The position numbers and the translations under genes are program-made. From NCBI GenBank assembly GCA_023334545.1, contig JAADVB010000014.1:62001-126000 (forward strand): a DNA stretch of 64,000 nucleotides. The letters are read 5' to 3'. The notes below the pieces were generated by a model, which ran no database searches, was not told the DNA's origin, and saw nothing but the letters and a program-made list of their open reading frames with translations. Below are positions 36,138 through 48,891 of the stretch, piece by piece (the stretch's first letter is position 1; each line of letters starts with the position of its first letter). The DNA is from Salisapilia sapeloensis CBS 127946. Taxonomy: Eukaryota; Protista; Oomycota.

Positions 36138-38500
36138 ATGGAAGAGGATACTTTATCAACAACCAAGGTGTCGAAAAACCACGACGAAACTCGTACTGAA
36201 AAGAGCTATACAAAGCCCAAGCGACCTTCCACTGAGTCTATCCAGGTATATGTCCGCATTCGACCACTAATCGAAAGAGAATGTATCGGTCAGTTTCAAG
36301 AGGCACAACCCGTACGAGCTACAGATGACAAAGTACGGTGGGATTCATCCTGATGAACAACAATATCGATATAATGATGCTAACATAATAAAATTTGACT
36401 CTTGATTAGACGGTAGAAGTGAAGACGATTGAATCTACCATTAGATGCAGCTACGATGCTGTTTTTGCACCATCCTGCAGTCAAGAAAAAATTTATGCGC
36501 AGGTGAAAGAATGCATACAATCTTTTCTGCAGGGATTCAACGCAACTCTATTTGCTTACGGACAAACGGGGAGTGGGAAGTCCTTTACTATGTTTGGTAA
36601 CGAAGATGATGCTTCAAGATACCGACCAGGACTTCAAAACAGCGCAGCTGGCATCATACCTAGAGCCATTAAAGACATATTTGAGGCTGCTGTTCGAATC
36701 GAGCAAGAGCAAAAGCCGACACAGCAAGGAGATGAATCAGTCGTATCTGTGTACTGTTCTTTTGTTCAAATGTACAATGAAAATTTGTATGACTTGCTTC
36801 GAGACCCTCGACGAGCTGCTCCATTGGAAATACATGAGGACAGAAAAAATGGTCTCTACATTGAAGGATTGTCCGAGTATGCTGTTGAAAGTGTCAGCGA
36901 CTGCTTGTCATTGCTTTCTACTGGGGAACAACATCGAGCAGTTCGAGCAACGCACATGAATCAAGTCAGTAGTCGGAGTCACAGCGTCTTTCAGATCATG
37001 ATGGAGCAACGCACGAGTGACGGCAGTATGCTGAAGTCGAAGCTTAACCTCGTCGATCTGGCTGGTTCCGAAAAATGGAATATGAGCGCAGACATGCAGG
37101 TATATCAGCATAATGGAACACTTGCTGTCATTTACACTTAACATGAAAATATCTATCCACAGAGCATTCACATCTCTGAGATGACTAATATCAACTTGAG
37201 CTTGCATACGCTCGGACGCTGCATTGCTGCTTTATCTGCAAAATCTGGACCTAAGCATGTACCCTACCGAGACTCAAAGCTGACCCGGCTTTTGCAAGAC
37301 AGTCTCGGTGGTAATACGAAGACGAAGATCATCGCAACGCTGTCACCATCAGGAGACTGTCTTGAAGAATCAATTGCCACTCTCAAATTCGCTGATCGAG
37401 CGAAGCAAGTGATGGTAACTGTCCGCATCAACGAAGAAAAGCACATCGACCCAGCCTATGTTGAAAAGCTACATAGTGAAATTGAAGAACTGCGAGGCAT
37501 CATTCGATTGCTTAAAAGAAGTAGTGGTAATCCATTATCGCCAGATTTGCTACATGAAGACAGTCGGGAGGATTCCGTAGGTCAGGATCACGAAGTGGAA
37601 GAGAACAATAATGAACAGAACCTTGGTCAGTCTATTCACGAACGGCTGATTGATGTTGTGGAACAGAATACGGCGTTAAAGTTAGAAAATGACAGTCTAA
37701 GAAAGGAACTCGAGCAGAGTCGGATGCGCCGTGCGAATGAAGCTGCGGTGAAAAATGGTGATACAGGTTCAATTTTGGAAAAGCAGGTATCTTTTCACCT
37801 ATATAGCCTACTCGATGTTTCAGACGATATGACGGCATTGTAGAAACTGAAAGACACGCTGCGGCAAGTTCGAGACGGTCTCGATCGATTCTTTCGATTT
37901 GAAGTGGAAGAAGATGAATTGAAGGCTATTTATTCTCGAGCATTTAACTTGGATTCCTTATCACCACGATCAACTGCCTCTTCCGTGTCCAGACCAGTCC
38001 ACGGTGGAAACCAAGTGAGAAAGATGAAGGAAGGTGTGCATTGCGTATTCAACTCTTTCACTAACAGAAGATGGTTTCTCATGCTTACAGTAGAACTGCA
38101 TTCCGCCTCGATTAATAAGAATGGATGTCGCACACCTGCAGGATCAAGCGGTCTTTTGTTTCGAGTCCGGCGAAGAACTTCTGGCCCATCGAGTCATGCA
38201 TCGGACAAACTGAAAGGTGAAGACTGGCATACTGAAATGGATGGAAACGAGAAGCCAGACGACCCTGAAAAGGAGTTGGAGCAAGCGCGAAAAGCAATAG
38301 AGAAGCAGGTAAAGCTTCAGAATTGGTTGGTGGAAAAAGAGAGACGAGAGGTGCTTAAGCTGCAGCAGCAACAAGCGTTTATGGAGGAACAGCGAAAGCT
38401 TTTGGCTGACAAGAATGCTAAATTTTTCAAGCGCGCTGCAGCAACAAAGAAGAAATTGCAAGTGTTAGCTGCAACTAAGAACGCTCAGGAGGAAATTTAA
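36138..38500 (+). CDS. Kinesin-like protein with N-terminal motor and C-terminal coiled coil, multi-exon
   Basis: IQVYVRIRP, GFNATLFAYGQTGSGKS (P-loop), SSRSH, LVDLAGSE, HVPYRDSKLTRLLQDSLGGN, STLKFA-like ATLKFADRAK. Subfamily not assignable by eye. Confidence 0.93.
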
Positions 38501-38548
38501 ATGATAATAACTTGGGTGCAAACTGAGCATGTATTTTCGACAAAGTTC

Positions 38549-39013
38549 CTATTGTGATTGAGCGTCTTTGATCATCATGCAGTGTTCAACACCTTCCTCC
38601 AGATAGACTTTATCATCGAGATAGCGATATCCACATTTTTCGTAAAAGCCACGTCGGCCGTATTGGGAGGACAGAGCGAACGTATCCACCTCGTTTTGCA
38701 AAGACTTTTCAATCCCATCCATTAACGCAGCACCTAACTGCTTGCCTCGGTATGACGGGAGCACTGCAATGCGACCGAACTTGGCTTTCCGCTCTTCCGG
38801 CTTCAAGAGGCAGCGCCCAACGGCGACGTATTTATCGTCGCCAGTGTACTTGCCGATGAAATGCACCGTGGTAGGCTCATCGTCGTGTGCATCGAGTTCG
38901 ACTGACGCATCAAAGCCTTGCTCTTCAATGAAGACTTTGTAGCGAATGGCCATGGCAATCTTGCGTTGCTCTTCATTTTGTACGCGAATGACTTGAAGCG
39001 TTGGCTGGTTCAT
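38549..39013 (-). CDS. GNAT N-acetyltransferase of the YjcF/ElaA type, intronless
   Basis: NEEQRKIAMAIRYKVFIEEQG..ELDAHD..KFGRIAVLPSYRGKQLGAALM..SQ..GFYEKCGY..YLEEGVEHCMMIKD parallels Bacillus YjcF as I recall it. Start taken at MNQPTL (39013). Confidence 0.88.
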   Translation of the reverse strand: MNQPTLQVIRVQNEEQRKIAMAIRYKVFIEEQGFDASVELDAHDDEPTTVHFIGKYTGDDKYVAVGRCLLKPEERKAKFGRIAVLPSYRGKQLGAALMDGIEKSLQNEVDTFALSSQYGRRGFYEKCGYRYLDDKVYLEEGVEHCMMIKDAQSQ

Positions 39014-39375
39014 TCTGAAGTTAAACTGCGGTCTGGTGCTTGTCAAGCGTGACGCGCTTACGTAAACAGTGCTAGCGCCAGGCACCGCCACATGCGATAG
39101 CTAAGAAAGAATTTGGCTGTATGGTAGATATGCACTAGTAGACGGCAAGCGTGAGACAACTGCAGTACTCGTCGCGTAGGATGAGAAAAATTCGTACGGC
39201 GAAACGGAACGAGTACTTCGTCTAGATTCGAATCCTCTCGGAGCCATAGATGAGCGACGGTACCAACGTCTTTTAAAACAACGGTCATTTCTATGGGTCT
39301 ATGTGATTACTTTAATTCAGGACAATGACTTCATTTCGGTATGCTCCCAATTTTCAGACACAAATCAAACAAGAC

Positions 39376-41370
39376 ATGGCCAAGCGATTGCGAAGTGCGA
39401 CCTCCACGGACGCGTCGGCAGGCGGCTCCAATGCTACGACGCTGACAGTACCCAATGCGAATATTGGAGACGAAGCATATACGGAGTCTACGGAGGATGC
39501 AGCGAAAACTGGATCGAAAGCAAAACGTGAGTATTCGATGGACGACCGATGTACATACTTTTTCTGTCTCTTAAGAGCAAAGGAACCTCCAACTCGGAGT
39601 GTAAAGTGTTTATCTACGATGTTGTGGAGCATGCACTGTATTATTGTACTCCTTTCGCTCCTCGAGACACTCTTATATACCCTGACGTACCTCCTGACGT
39701 CCATATAAAAACACGTCCACATACTATACTCGAGGCGTGTTATATTAAACTACACGTAAACAGAAAAACATCGAAGCAGTTATACTAACTAATCTTGCTC
39801 TGTAGATACACCACTGGAAGGCAAGCAAGCGGTCTTACCAGCCTTTTTGTCCAAGACGTACGAGATATTCAGCTCCCCCGAGTACTCGAGCATCTGTGGA
39901 TGGAACGACTCGGGTGACACGATCATCGTGGCCAACCTAGAGGGTTTCGTTTCACTCGTGCTGCCTAAATTCTTCAAACACAGCAACTTTCCCTCTTTTG
40001 TCCGACAGCTCAACCTCTACGGCTTCCACAAGACCGTCCTCGACTCGAAGCGTCTTGAGTTCCAGCATCCGTACTTTAAACGCGACCGGCCGGACTTGCT
40101 TCCACAGATCAAGCGAAAAGTCTCCAGTTCCCACCACACGAGTCAGCAAGGGTCGAGTCAGCAGCATTCTCGTCTGGCTGTCCATCGCGAGACGTCGGAT
40201 AAGATTCTGCAAGAGATGCGAGAGCTACGAGAACGCAGTGACGCGATGGAGAAGCGGCTGCGAGAAGTCGAGTTGGACAATGCGATTGTCCGGAGTGACA
40301 ACATGAAGCTGTGGAAGCACTTGGAGAGCGCCAAGAACAAGCAGCTGATCATGCAGAGCAAGATGAAAAAGATCATGTGGATCCTCTTCCAGATCTATCG
40401 TGGAAATCAGTCGATACCAAAACTCCCGACAAAGGACGCTCCTGCAAGTGGATTTAGTGACGAATACATCAACAGCAGTGTCCTCGGACCAAAGGAATTC
40501 AGGGACGTACTACGGTTCTTGTCCATGGATGAAATGCCCTTGTTAGAAGGAGAAGACTCGATTTCATCCACGGACACGATTCCTCCTGCAACGTCAGATA
40601 CGAGTCGGAAGCGGAAGTTTGAAGAAGTGCAGCCGGATGTGGACGATAGCAGCTACAAGATTGAGATGCCAAGGTCTCCTCCTGTTTCGGAGGCGTTCAC
40701 GAATACAGACACGACGACAGACGACACGTCGGCCGTGACGAGCAACAACATGCTCAGCATCTTCCGGAACTCTCAACCGCTGCAAACTGTTAACGCAGAC
40801 ACGTTCGTGTCCAATGACACTACGTCAAAGCCGACGCCATCACTCCCGCGTACGTTGTCCCAGGCGTTGTCATCACTTTCGAGCGATATGTTGCAGCAGA
40901 ACACACCTCCGACATCTGCCGCTGCGTCCATGCCCATGCCAACGAATTTAACTGGAAGGTATGACGGGAAGGAGCAGAGTGAAGACACAGGCGACTTGGA
41001 TTTGATTGATGGGGAAGTGCCAGCGTTCGAAGACAACGGAGCATTAACGAACGGAGACGGGGAATCGGTAGTGAGGACTAAGCTTTTCATTCTATATTGG
41101 TATGATGGAGGACTAACTGGATGAACTAGGAGGTAATGCGCAAGTTGGATGACTTTGAATCATCGCTTTTGGATGACTACGACGTGCCGAGCCTCGATAG
41201 CCTCTTGCAGGTATTTCGCGTAAGCCGTTTACGTTTGTACAGAACATTTTGAGTACTATGGTTTGATATGATAGCAATTCAAGGCGCAGTACCCAGATCG
41301 GAGCTCGAACTTCCCAGCGCTGGATATGGAAGAACCGCGTACAAGTACGTCGGACCAGCAGTCGACGTGA
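39376..41370 (+). CDS. HSF: Heat shock transcription factor (HSF DNA-binding domain + HR-A/B coiled coil), about 4 exons
   Basis: PAFLSKTYEIF..ICGWNDSGDTIIV..VLPKFFKHSNFPSFVRQLNLYGFHK..EFQHPYFKRDRPDLLPQIKRK, followed by heptads. Intron 39527-39805 joins exon 1 in frame. Confidence 0.93.
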
Positions 41371-41557
41371 AGGTCGTCGAGTAGAATTGATTTTGACTTG
41401 GGACGATCGGACACAACGCTTGGAGGTGCAGGTTTATTAACGCAACGATGCATAGTGAAGAGGAGCGATAATAAAGATCGATTTTATTAACGAATGTGTC
41501 GACTAAGGGTCTTGGTGTTGCATCTTAAGTGCGCATCCATATGCTGCTCGAGTGCCA

Positions 41558-42169
41558 ATGGATGCGAGGTGCCAGAAGTTTCATGTAGATGGAACGACGC
41601 TGTTGCGCACTTCAGATGGAGAGCCTGCGACTTCTGTACAAGCGTCGAAAGTGCTGAAAGAACTTAAGACGATATCTCGGTTTTTGGTGAAAAACCAGTC
41701 GCCGAGGTTTAGTGAAAACGCGCAGCAAAAGCTGTTACAAGCTATTGGCCCGTACGTGACGTTGGTCAAGCACTCTACGAGTCTCACGGATGAGGAGCAA
41801 ACGCAGGTCACGGAAGCATGCTTTCAAGTTCTGAAGGATGCACTCGCCATGCCGTTTAACGTGTTCGGGACAAAGCAAAAGAAGCGATTGCTTAAGTGGC
41901 ACAATGAGCTGATCGTACTCGTCGGGGAGCATGCAGAGGGCGACGCAGAAGAGAGCGGGGAACAAGCTGTAAAGTGGTCTGTACTTGCCATTGAAGACGA
42001 CGGGTATCTGAATCTATTAAACGAAGAGACTGCCGAAATGAACGAGGCTTTCCATGTGCCTCGCAATGAACCGTTGTTCCGGCAGATTGAACAAGGTTTA
42101 GAAGATGGAGACGTGACGGTGGAGACAAGGGGAGACCGAGTGATCCGAGTTCAAGTTGATACAGAGTGA
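41558..42169 (+). CDS. Uncharacterised protein: helical N-terminal region + C-terminal eIF5A/S1-like OB-fold-like segment
   Basis: Intact 203 aa ORF. The C-terminal WSVLAIEDDGYLNLLNEETAEMNEAFHVP..QIEQGLEDGDVTVET resembles the eIF5A C-domain pattern (Q.IDI.EDG.L.L..ENG......LP). Confidence 0.6.
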   Translation: MDARCQKFHVDGTTLLRTSDGEPATSVQASKVLKELKTISRFLVKNQSPRFSENAQQKLLQAIGPYVTLVKHSTSLTDEEQTQVTEACFQVLKDALAMPFNVFGTKQKKRLLKWHNELIVLVGEHAEGDAEESGEQAVKWSVLAIEDDGYLNLLNEETAEMNEAFHVPRNEPLFRQIEQGLEDGDVTVETRGDRVIRVQVDTE

Positions 42170-42204
42170 AAGCCATGTTGACGCATAAATCAATACCAGT
42201 TCAG

Positions 42205-42807
42205 TTACGATCCTCTGCTGCCAAGCTTTTGCATCAGCTTTGACCCTTTCGGACGGTTTGGTCCCCTGCCGAGTCGGCTGAGCTTGTTCGGTTCCGAATC
42301 GACCATTGAAACCTGTAGGAATGAACACATGTATTAGTCTTGTAGCATTAAATAGAGATAAAGATGAATGCTTACCTGTCTTGGTCGTTTCGTACTCTCT
42401 GATGTCGTGGACGAAGTGCGAGATAATCCTGGCGGTGCTCGACTTCCGTCATCGCCCATCCTCTTCTTCCCTCGTGTTTTCATGCTTTCCTTGGTTTCTT
42501 CCAATGTCGCTTGCCATATTTCATCCCAAGTCTGTTTTATTTTATTCTGATCCTCCATCGGTTGATGGAAGACGGCTAGAATGTCTTTAAAGTCCATCCG
42601 GCGTTTCGGAGACGCCTGCGGTTTCTGCGGAGGAGAGCTCTGGGGTTTTATGGGTGGTGATGACTTAGCAGCATCTACCTTTTCCACCTTCTTGTCCCCT
42701 TGAGGTGGTGGAGGAGGCATGGGCGGCGGTGGAGGCGGCGGCTCAATGCTCTCATCCTCGACACCCATGTTCGCTTCCTGTTTAAAAGCGACAATATGTT
42801 TGCGCAT
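42205..42807 (-). CDS. Hypothetical proline-rich, low-complexity protein (2 exons; start 42807 or 42768)
   Basis: ORF with PPPPPPPMPPPPP; donor AGACAG|GTAAGC and acceptor CCTACAG| give a final exon VSMVDSEPNK..LGSRGS*. Confidence 0.55.
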
Positions 42808-42913
42808 TTAAGCCACTCCACGAGACTTTTCTATCCAGACGTCGACTTTCGGTCCAGCCAGTACGTCTGTCGATCACTCAGCTACTTTGATCCTATCCTA
42901 CAGCCTTGCAATC

Positions 42914-44428
42914 ATGCGTATGCTAGCCACCAATATGCTGTCGAAACAGTTCTTGTCTAGAGCAAGTGGAATGCGATGTTTTTCATCTTTTACATTTGAA
43001 TCCAGACACGAGTACATGGATTATCTCCAGGATACACATGCTCGACTTCCGTGGGGTTTCTCTGTCGGTCGCACCCAATTGGACTTTACTCCTGCTGAAG
43101 CACCACACTTGCCAGCGTCGATGAATTTGACGCTGATCAAGCCGAATAACCCAACTTCACTCTTCGGTGCTGTCTTTACTCTCAATGCGTTTCCTGGAGC
43201 ACCTGTCCGTGTCGGTCGTAAACTGCTCGGCGAAGAGAAACTCGGTGCAATTGTCATCAACAACAAGATCTCGAATGTATGTGCCAACGGTGGTGGTATC
43301 GCAGACGCAGAGGAGGTGTGCGATGCCGTCGCCAAGCAGCTTCGCCTCCAGCCAGGAGAGGTGGTGCTTCCAAGCTCCACAGGTGTGATCGGATGGAGAC
43401 TACCGGTGGATGATATGGTCCAAGCAGTTCCTCAGTTGGTGGAAACAATGCAGGGTGAAAGCATCCTTCCAGCGGCGGAAGGTATCATGACCACCGACCT
43501 GTATCCGAAAATCAGGTCGACGGACGTATGTGGTGGTCGCATCGTTGCCATTGCTAAAGGAGCTGGAATGATCGAGCCAAATATGGCGACCATGCTCTCG
43601 TACATTCTGACAGGTAAGCATCTTAGCTATAAAATAATTGGGATAGAACCATGTCAAGCTCATGAACTAAATGCTAGATCTCGCGGTTCCACGCGAGACG
43701 CTGCGATCTCTTCTTTCGGAGGTCGTAAACGAAACGTACAACGCTTTGAGTATCGACACGGATCAGAGCACTTCTGACACCGTGGCCATTGTCTCGTCTG
43801 GTGAGATCCCATTCGACTCGTCAAAGCATCTGGAAGAGTTCAAGGAGGGCCTACGAAGTGTGTGTCGAGACATTTGTGAAGACATTGTGCGTAATGGCGA
43901 AGGCACGCACCACGTGATGCGCGTCAAAGTTAGTGGTGCAGAATCGTTGGAGATGGCCAAGGGAGTCGGCAAGTCCATTGTCAATTCTCCGCTGCTCAAG
44001 TGTGCTATTGCCGGTAATGACGCCAATGTCGGGCGGCTGGTGATGGCTGCTGGAAAGTACTTTGGCCACCACCATCCCGACATTGACGTGTATCACCGCG
44101 TTTCGATGCACATTGGCGGTATCCTGATCTTTGAGAACGGCGAGTTTGTGCTGAACGATGAGATTGAGAAGAAGTTGGCGCAGCATATGAAGCAGGCACA
44201 GCTGACGGAACCGACACGAGGTGGACTGGATGCTGCGTCTCACGACTACCCACCTCATGACCGATGTGTCGAGGTATGTGTACAATTGCAATATTTGAAT
44301 GAATGATATACTAATGGAAATGAGTATAGATCGAAGTAGACTTGGGACTCGGAAGCACCGAAGCGCAAGTACTTGGTGTGGACTTGACACATGAGTACGT
44401 GACGATTAATGCAGACTATCGGTCGTAG
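42914..44428 (+). CDS. argJ: ArgJ, ornithine/glutamate N-acetyltransferase, mitochondrial presequence, 3 exons
   Basis: [54 protein letters not shown] (autoproteolysis Thr), [25 protein letters not shown]; C-terminal [15 protein letters not shown]. Confidence 0.95.
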
Positions 44429-44521
44429 TTGATATAGTAATCGCACAAGAAAGATGCGTTTGACATCGTCCATTTCACTTGTTAACCTGATAAAAGTTGG
44501 AATGCCACTTACATTCGTCTA

Positions 44522-46962
44522 CTACTGGCCTTGAAACCTTCCTTCCATAATCTGCATACGACGATACACTTTGTCTGTGTCCGCATACACTTGGGATAAC
44601 AGTGCTTTCAACCGATCCCGTTCAATGCCGTGAAAGAATTTCCGGAAACCGTCCCGTGTTTTCAAAGCTTGCGCCTTGGATTGAAGCATGGAAAGGATGT
44701 CATTGTCACTTCGAGACACCGCCGGACCCTTTTTAGATTCACCATCAAGCTTGGTCGGATTGCATGGGGAGCATAGATCTTTCTGGTAGTTACTTAGATC
44801 CAGCACGCTGATCTCATCTCCATCTTCCATCTCATCTCGCCATCGAGTAATTGCACTGAGACTTTCCGAAACGTTGAAAAAGGCATTAGCAGACTTCTTC
44901 ATGGATTTTCGGGATGTATGCTCCTTGCTGCTGCAGTACATGTACGCTGAGCAACGTTATACACCGATTTAAGAGCATTTGTAACAACGTATAATACTTA
45001 CTTGTCGTCAGAGTCACTGTTCGCCTCGTTAATATCCTCTTCAGAATCCGTGTCGTACTCGCGGGCTGATTGTCTTGATGTGAATACGGATGCCATGGGT
45101 ATAGAACTGGGATGATGAGCATTCACTTTTGGTGATAAGAAACCGAGGTTCCACTGGTCCAGTGTTCCAGATCGCTTCCGTTTGTCACTCTGGATTTCGC
45201 CCGCTTCTAAGTTGAGAACCTCAGGTTCATGGTGGGAACCTTTGTCCATTGTGGAAGACACTGTAGCTCGTCGTGCTTTTGATCGACTACCTGTGCCACG
45301 TTGACTAGAATCCTGCATCCAAGCAAATTGAGCCGTTGCCATTCCGTCCGACGTCTTTGGGCGACGCGTGTATACAGTGCTCGAAGGCTCGTGCTCACGC
45401 TCGGCATTGGTAGCTCCTGTGTATGACACAGACTTTTCTTTTTGCCACGACTCTACTTCCTTCAATATATCTGCTCGACTTTTGTACGTGTCCAGCTCAT
45501 TTACTCGATTCAATGTGTCTGTGATAGATAGACGAGATGCCGATAGCCTCAGACTTCCTTGCTTACTATGATTGTGCTTTAGTGACGTCTTGTGCGTGAT
45601 GCGGTCCATAGCTGTGGAAACTTCTGAGTCTGTCTCACTACGTCGCTTTCGTAGAGCACTCGTGACATTTCCTGCAAATACAATGTCCGTGCCGTGTGTC
45701 AGGTGACTACCTGCTTCGTCTTCATTTGCTTTTAATTCATTTATCTCGAACCACGCAGAGCTTGATGATCGACTCAGTGCAGAAGTTGGAAGGTCCACTT
45801 CCGAGGAGGAAGGTGGGGGCGAGCGGATACTATCTGCTAGCGCTATTTCGTCCTGGACATCCAGCATCAATGCATCTTGCGATGGACCTTCTTTCTTTGT
45901 TTCTAGCTGATCTTTAAAATCACGAATGGCCAAGTCAATCTCCGCATCAGAAATTGGCTCTCGGTCTTGTGAAGTAAGCTCTCGGTCATCCAGAATTACA
46001 AGTTGAGGAAGAAATGAAGTGATGATCGAGCGGTACTTTGCCATTTTACAAACAGGGTTTGCGGCCAAGTTTAGCGAATTCAGTTGAGGGCAAAAGGCTG
46101 GACAATATTACTATGGGCTAACATATCGAATCAAACATAGTGGATGTAAAAGCATACCTAGTTGTTCAACTTGACCAATATCGCTCAGGCAGTTACCTTC
46201 CAAGTCTATCCGATGATCAGCAAACGATGAGCCCTCTCGAACCGTTTAAAGTGGTCATCAAAATACTGTACCTAGTACTTGAAGCTCTTCATGCATGGTA
46301 AGAGGCGAGATATCAGATATTTCATTGTACTGGAGGTAGAGCTCTTGCAGATTGGTCAGAGCACCAATGCCGTCAAGATCCTGCAGACCACATCTCGAAG
46401 CCCAGAGAATTTCCAACGAAAGCAGTGAAGTTCCTAGATCACGAAAGCTGTGCAGATTACTTTCTTTCAGTCGTAGTTGCTGAAGAGTTGGTAGCAGCTC
46501 TCCGATGAGCTCAACGGATTGACAGCTCGAGTCTACTGACAACTCCAGGTATGAAATGTCCGACAAATTCGTTTTCCCAGAGGCATGAAGCTGCATCATG
46601 GATTAGCTACCAATATATACATGCACCAGACAAAGCAAGCGTACGATTTTCTCTTCCGTTATATCGTCAAAAGGGTTGTCCATGACACCCAGTTCACTTG
46701 ATGTTGGCGACATAAGTGGCTCACGACGAGGTGTTTGTGGTCGAGGAGTAGCGACATTATTCGCTGGAATTGGAACGGGATTGCACTCTTTCGGCAGTGT
46801 CCGGATGATAAATTTCGCCTTGGTAGGGTCCAGCTTGGAAAGGTCCCGCGAGACCTTGCTATGCGCTTGTGCCTGGTTCTTTTTAGTCGGAGCTGACGGT
46901 AAGCTATCTGCTTCCACCACTTCCTCTCGCAGATCCAAAGCACATCGAATTGCAGCACTCAT
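44522..46962 (-). CDS. LRRC56: Leucine-rich repeat protein LRRC56 homologue (dynein/IFT-associated), multi-exon
   Basis: LLPTLQQLRLKESNLHSFRDLGTSLLSLEILWASRCGLQDLDGIGALTNLQELYLQYNEISDISPL closely parallels LRRC56. Exons are linked by GT-AG introns, including GACAA|GTAAGT..CTGCAG|C into ORF 44522..44941. Confidence 0.88.
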
Positions 46963-47117
46963 GAATATTGCCGCTAGGTCTTCTAAATGCGGCGATGCAG
47001 TCGTTGCCAACTAGTCTGTCTTTTGCTATTTTCGGAGGTTTTCATCTTGAAGTATGAGTCAGAATGGCTACGTGTTATAAATGCGCAGGCGCATTTAGGA
47101 TAGCGCATTGGACGAAG

Positions 47118-48693
47118 ATGGCAGGCGAGACTACTGGTGAGACCGATGGCAGCACGACGGAGCGCAAGTACGTTTTCCTGCGTGTAAAACGAAAGCGAAC
47201 GGATACTCCACTGGACACATTGCTCATTCAGAAGCAGCCGCAGCTGAAACGACGGCACACTGATGCTTCGAAGAGCTCAAGCGGAGAAGCTCAAGTCGTA
47301 AATGATGAGCATGAAGCTGCTGAATCGACGAAAGCGAGTCAAGAAGATAAGAAGCAATTTATAGATGCATTTGCATCACTCTCGACAAAAGATGAAAGGT
47401 ATACTTATCTTTTTATATGTTTAACGATAGAAATGTAACTCTTATACGCTTCATTCTGCCTCTAGTTTCGTGCTCAAACGCATTGACACGATGCAATCGA
47501 ATGCTCTAGGCGGCATTGATCATTCTTCTAAATGGACAGAACGCATGAAAAAGAAAGTAAAGGCTATGAAAACGGATCGTTCCCACGTCCTACACAAACC
47601 TGTGCCAACTGCACGCCAGTCTATCGCATCCACAGCCAAGGCACATATGAAAGACCAACAGAAACGAGCACATGCACGTCGTCAGAGCGAGATGCAGCGT
47701 GCTCGTAGATTGCCTAGCACTACTGAGGAGAATCAACCTCAATTGGAGATGAAGGAAGAGCAGACATTAAATCTGTCTGGAGTCAAAGTGGTGGATCTGT
47801 CGACTGTCGGAGCGAAATCCACGGAGGATACGCAGACAGAAGGTCTGGAGGTGAGTGGGAAGAAATTGAAGACAAAGCGAGTGCTGACACCTGGTGAGCG
47901 GCAGTTGGACGAAGCTGTTTGGGTCGCATTCCAGCACAACGACTTTGCTGGCTTCTTCCACTTGGCAGCGCAGCCACCTGCAGGTGTAAAAGCAGACGCT
48001 CGTACGTTCCAACGACCGGCAGATGGAGGTAGCGTGCTCATGGCTGCAGCCATGCATGGTCGAGTGGATGTGATTGAGTCTGTCTTGAGGCACGCACCGT
48101 CCAGCGTCTTACTAAAGGACTGGGAGGGCAACACCGCCGCCAATTTTGCGGCACTGCACAATCATCCGTCGGTGGAATCTGCTTTGCTCGCATGCGAAAA
48201 GGCAGAGCTGGATAAGGAGTACGTGTACGACGTCTATTGTGTCGAGACGACACAGGAGCATGATACGGACGAACAAAAGTTGCCAGTAGTGTCCGTCAGC
48301 TCGTCTGTACAGCAGTGGCTGATGGAGGACGCAAAGGCTGAGCAGGACGAAGAGTACGTGAACGAGAACTTGCTTGAGTCGGACATCGATAGCAACGATG
48401 AAGTTGATGGGTATGTGATGTAGATTCTGTCGGATAATAAGACGGTAGCTGATATTATTGCATGACAGAGAAAGCTTGGATTCGAATGATGAAGGATATG
48501 CTCTAAATGATTATCCAGAAGACGAGGAGTCGTCCGAGTCTGACTGGGGCTCGAGTGACTCGGAAGAGGTGAGCTACTTTCTACATGTATTCGACATCAC
48601 TTGCCTCAATTTGTATCTCCGTAGCCCCATGAAAGAATGCATTCTTGGAAGCCATCACACCAGTCTCTCCATCCGGATGAAGCAGACTACTAA
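47118..48693 (+). CDS. Iwr1/SLC7A6OS-like RNA polymerase II import factor with internal ankyrin repeats, about 4 exons
   Basis: N-terminal FLRVKRKRTDTPLDTLL; C-terminal YVYDVY and DSNDEGYALNDYPEDEES (Iwr1 signature); ankyrin-like GGSVLMAAAMHGRVDVIESVL..GNTAANFAALHNHPSVESALL. Confidence 0.8.
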
Positions 48694-48891
48694 AAGTCTC
48701 GACATCCCTTACGAATCGTTATTGAACAAAATCATTTTCATGCACATAAGTTTTGTATTGGTACAAGTATCCGCTCGTGACAGATACGTCGTTCTTCTCA
48801 TAGGTGTAGCAAAATGGTATAAGATCTAGATGGGTCAAACGGCAAACTACAATCTAGTAGCGTCAACTGACTCGTTGCGTTCCGAGTACAG

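Noticed and set aside
39170-39250. GATTCGAATCC resembling a tRNA T-loop / B-box
   Set aside because: Flanks cannot form a T-stem or acceptor stem, and no cloverleaf is possible.
42720-42750. GGCGGC/GGAGG run as a microsatellite or G-quadruplex
   Set aside because: It is simply the antisense of a polyproline-coding tract.
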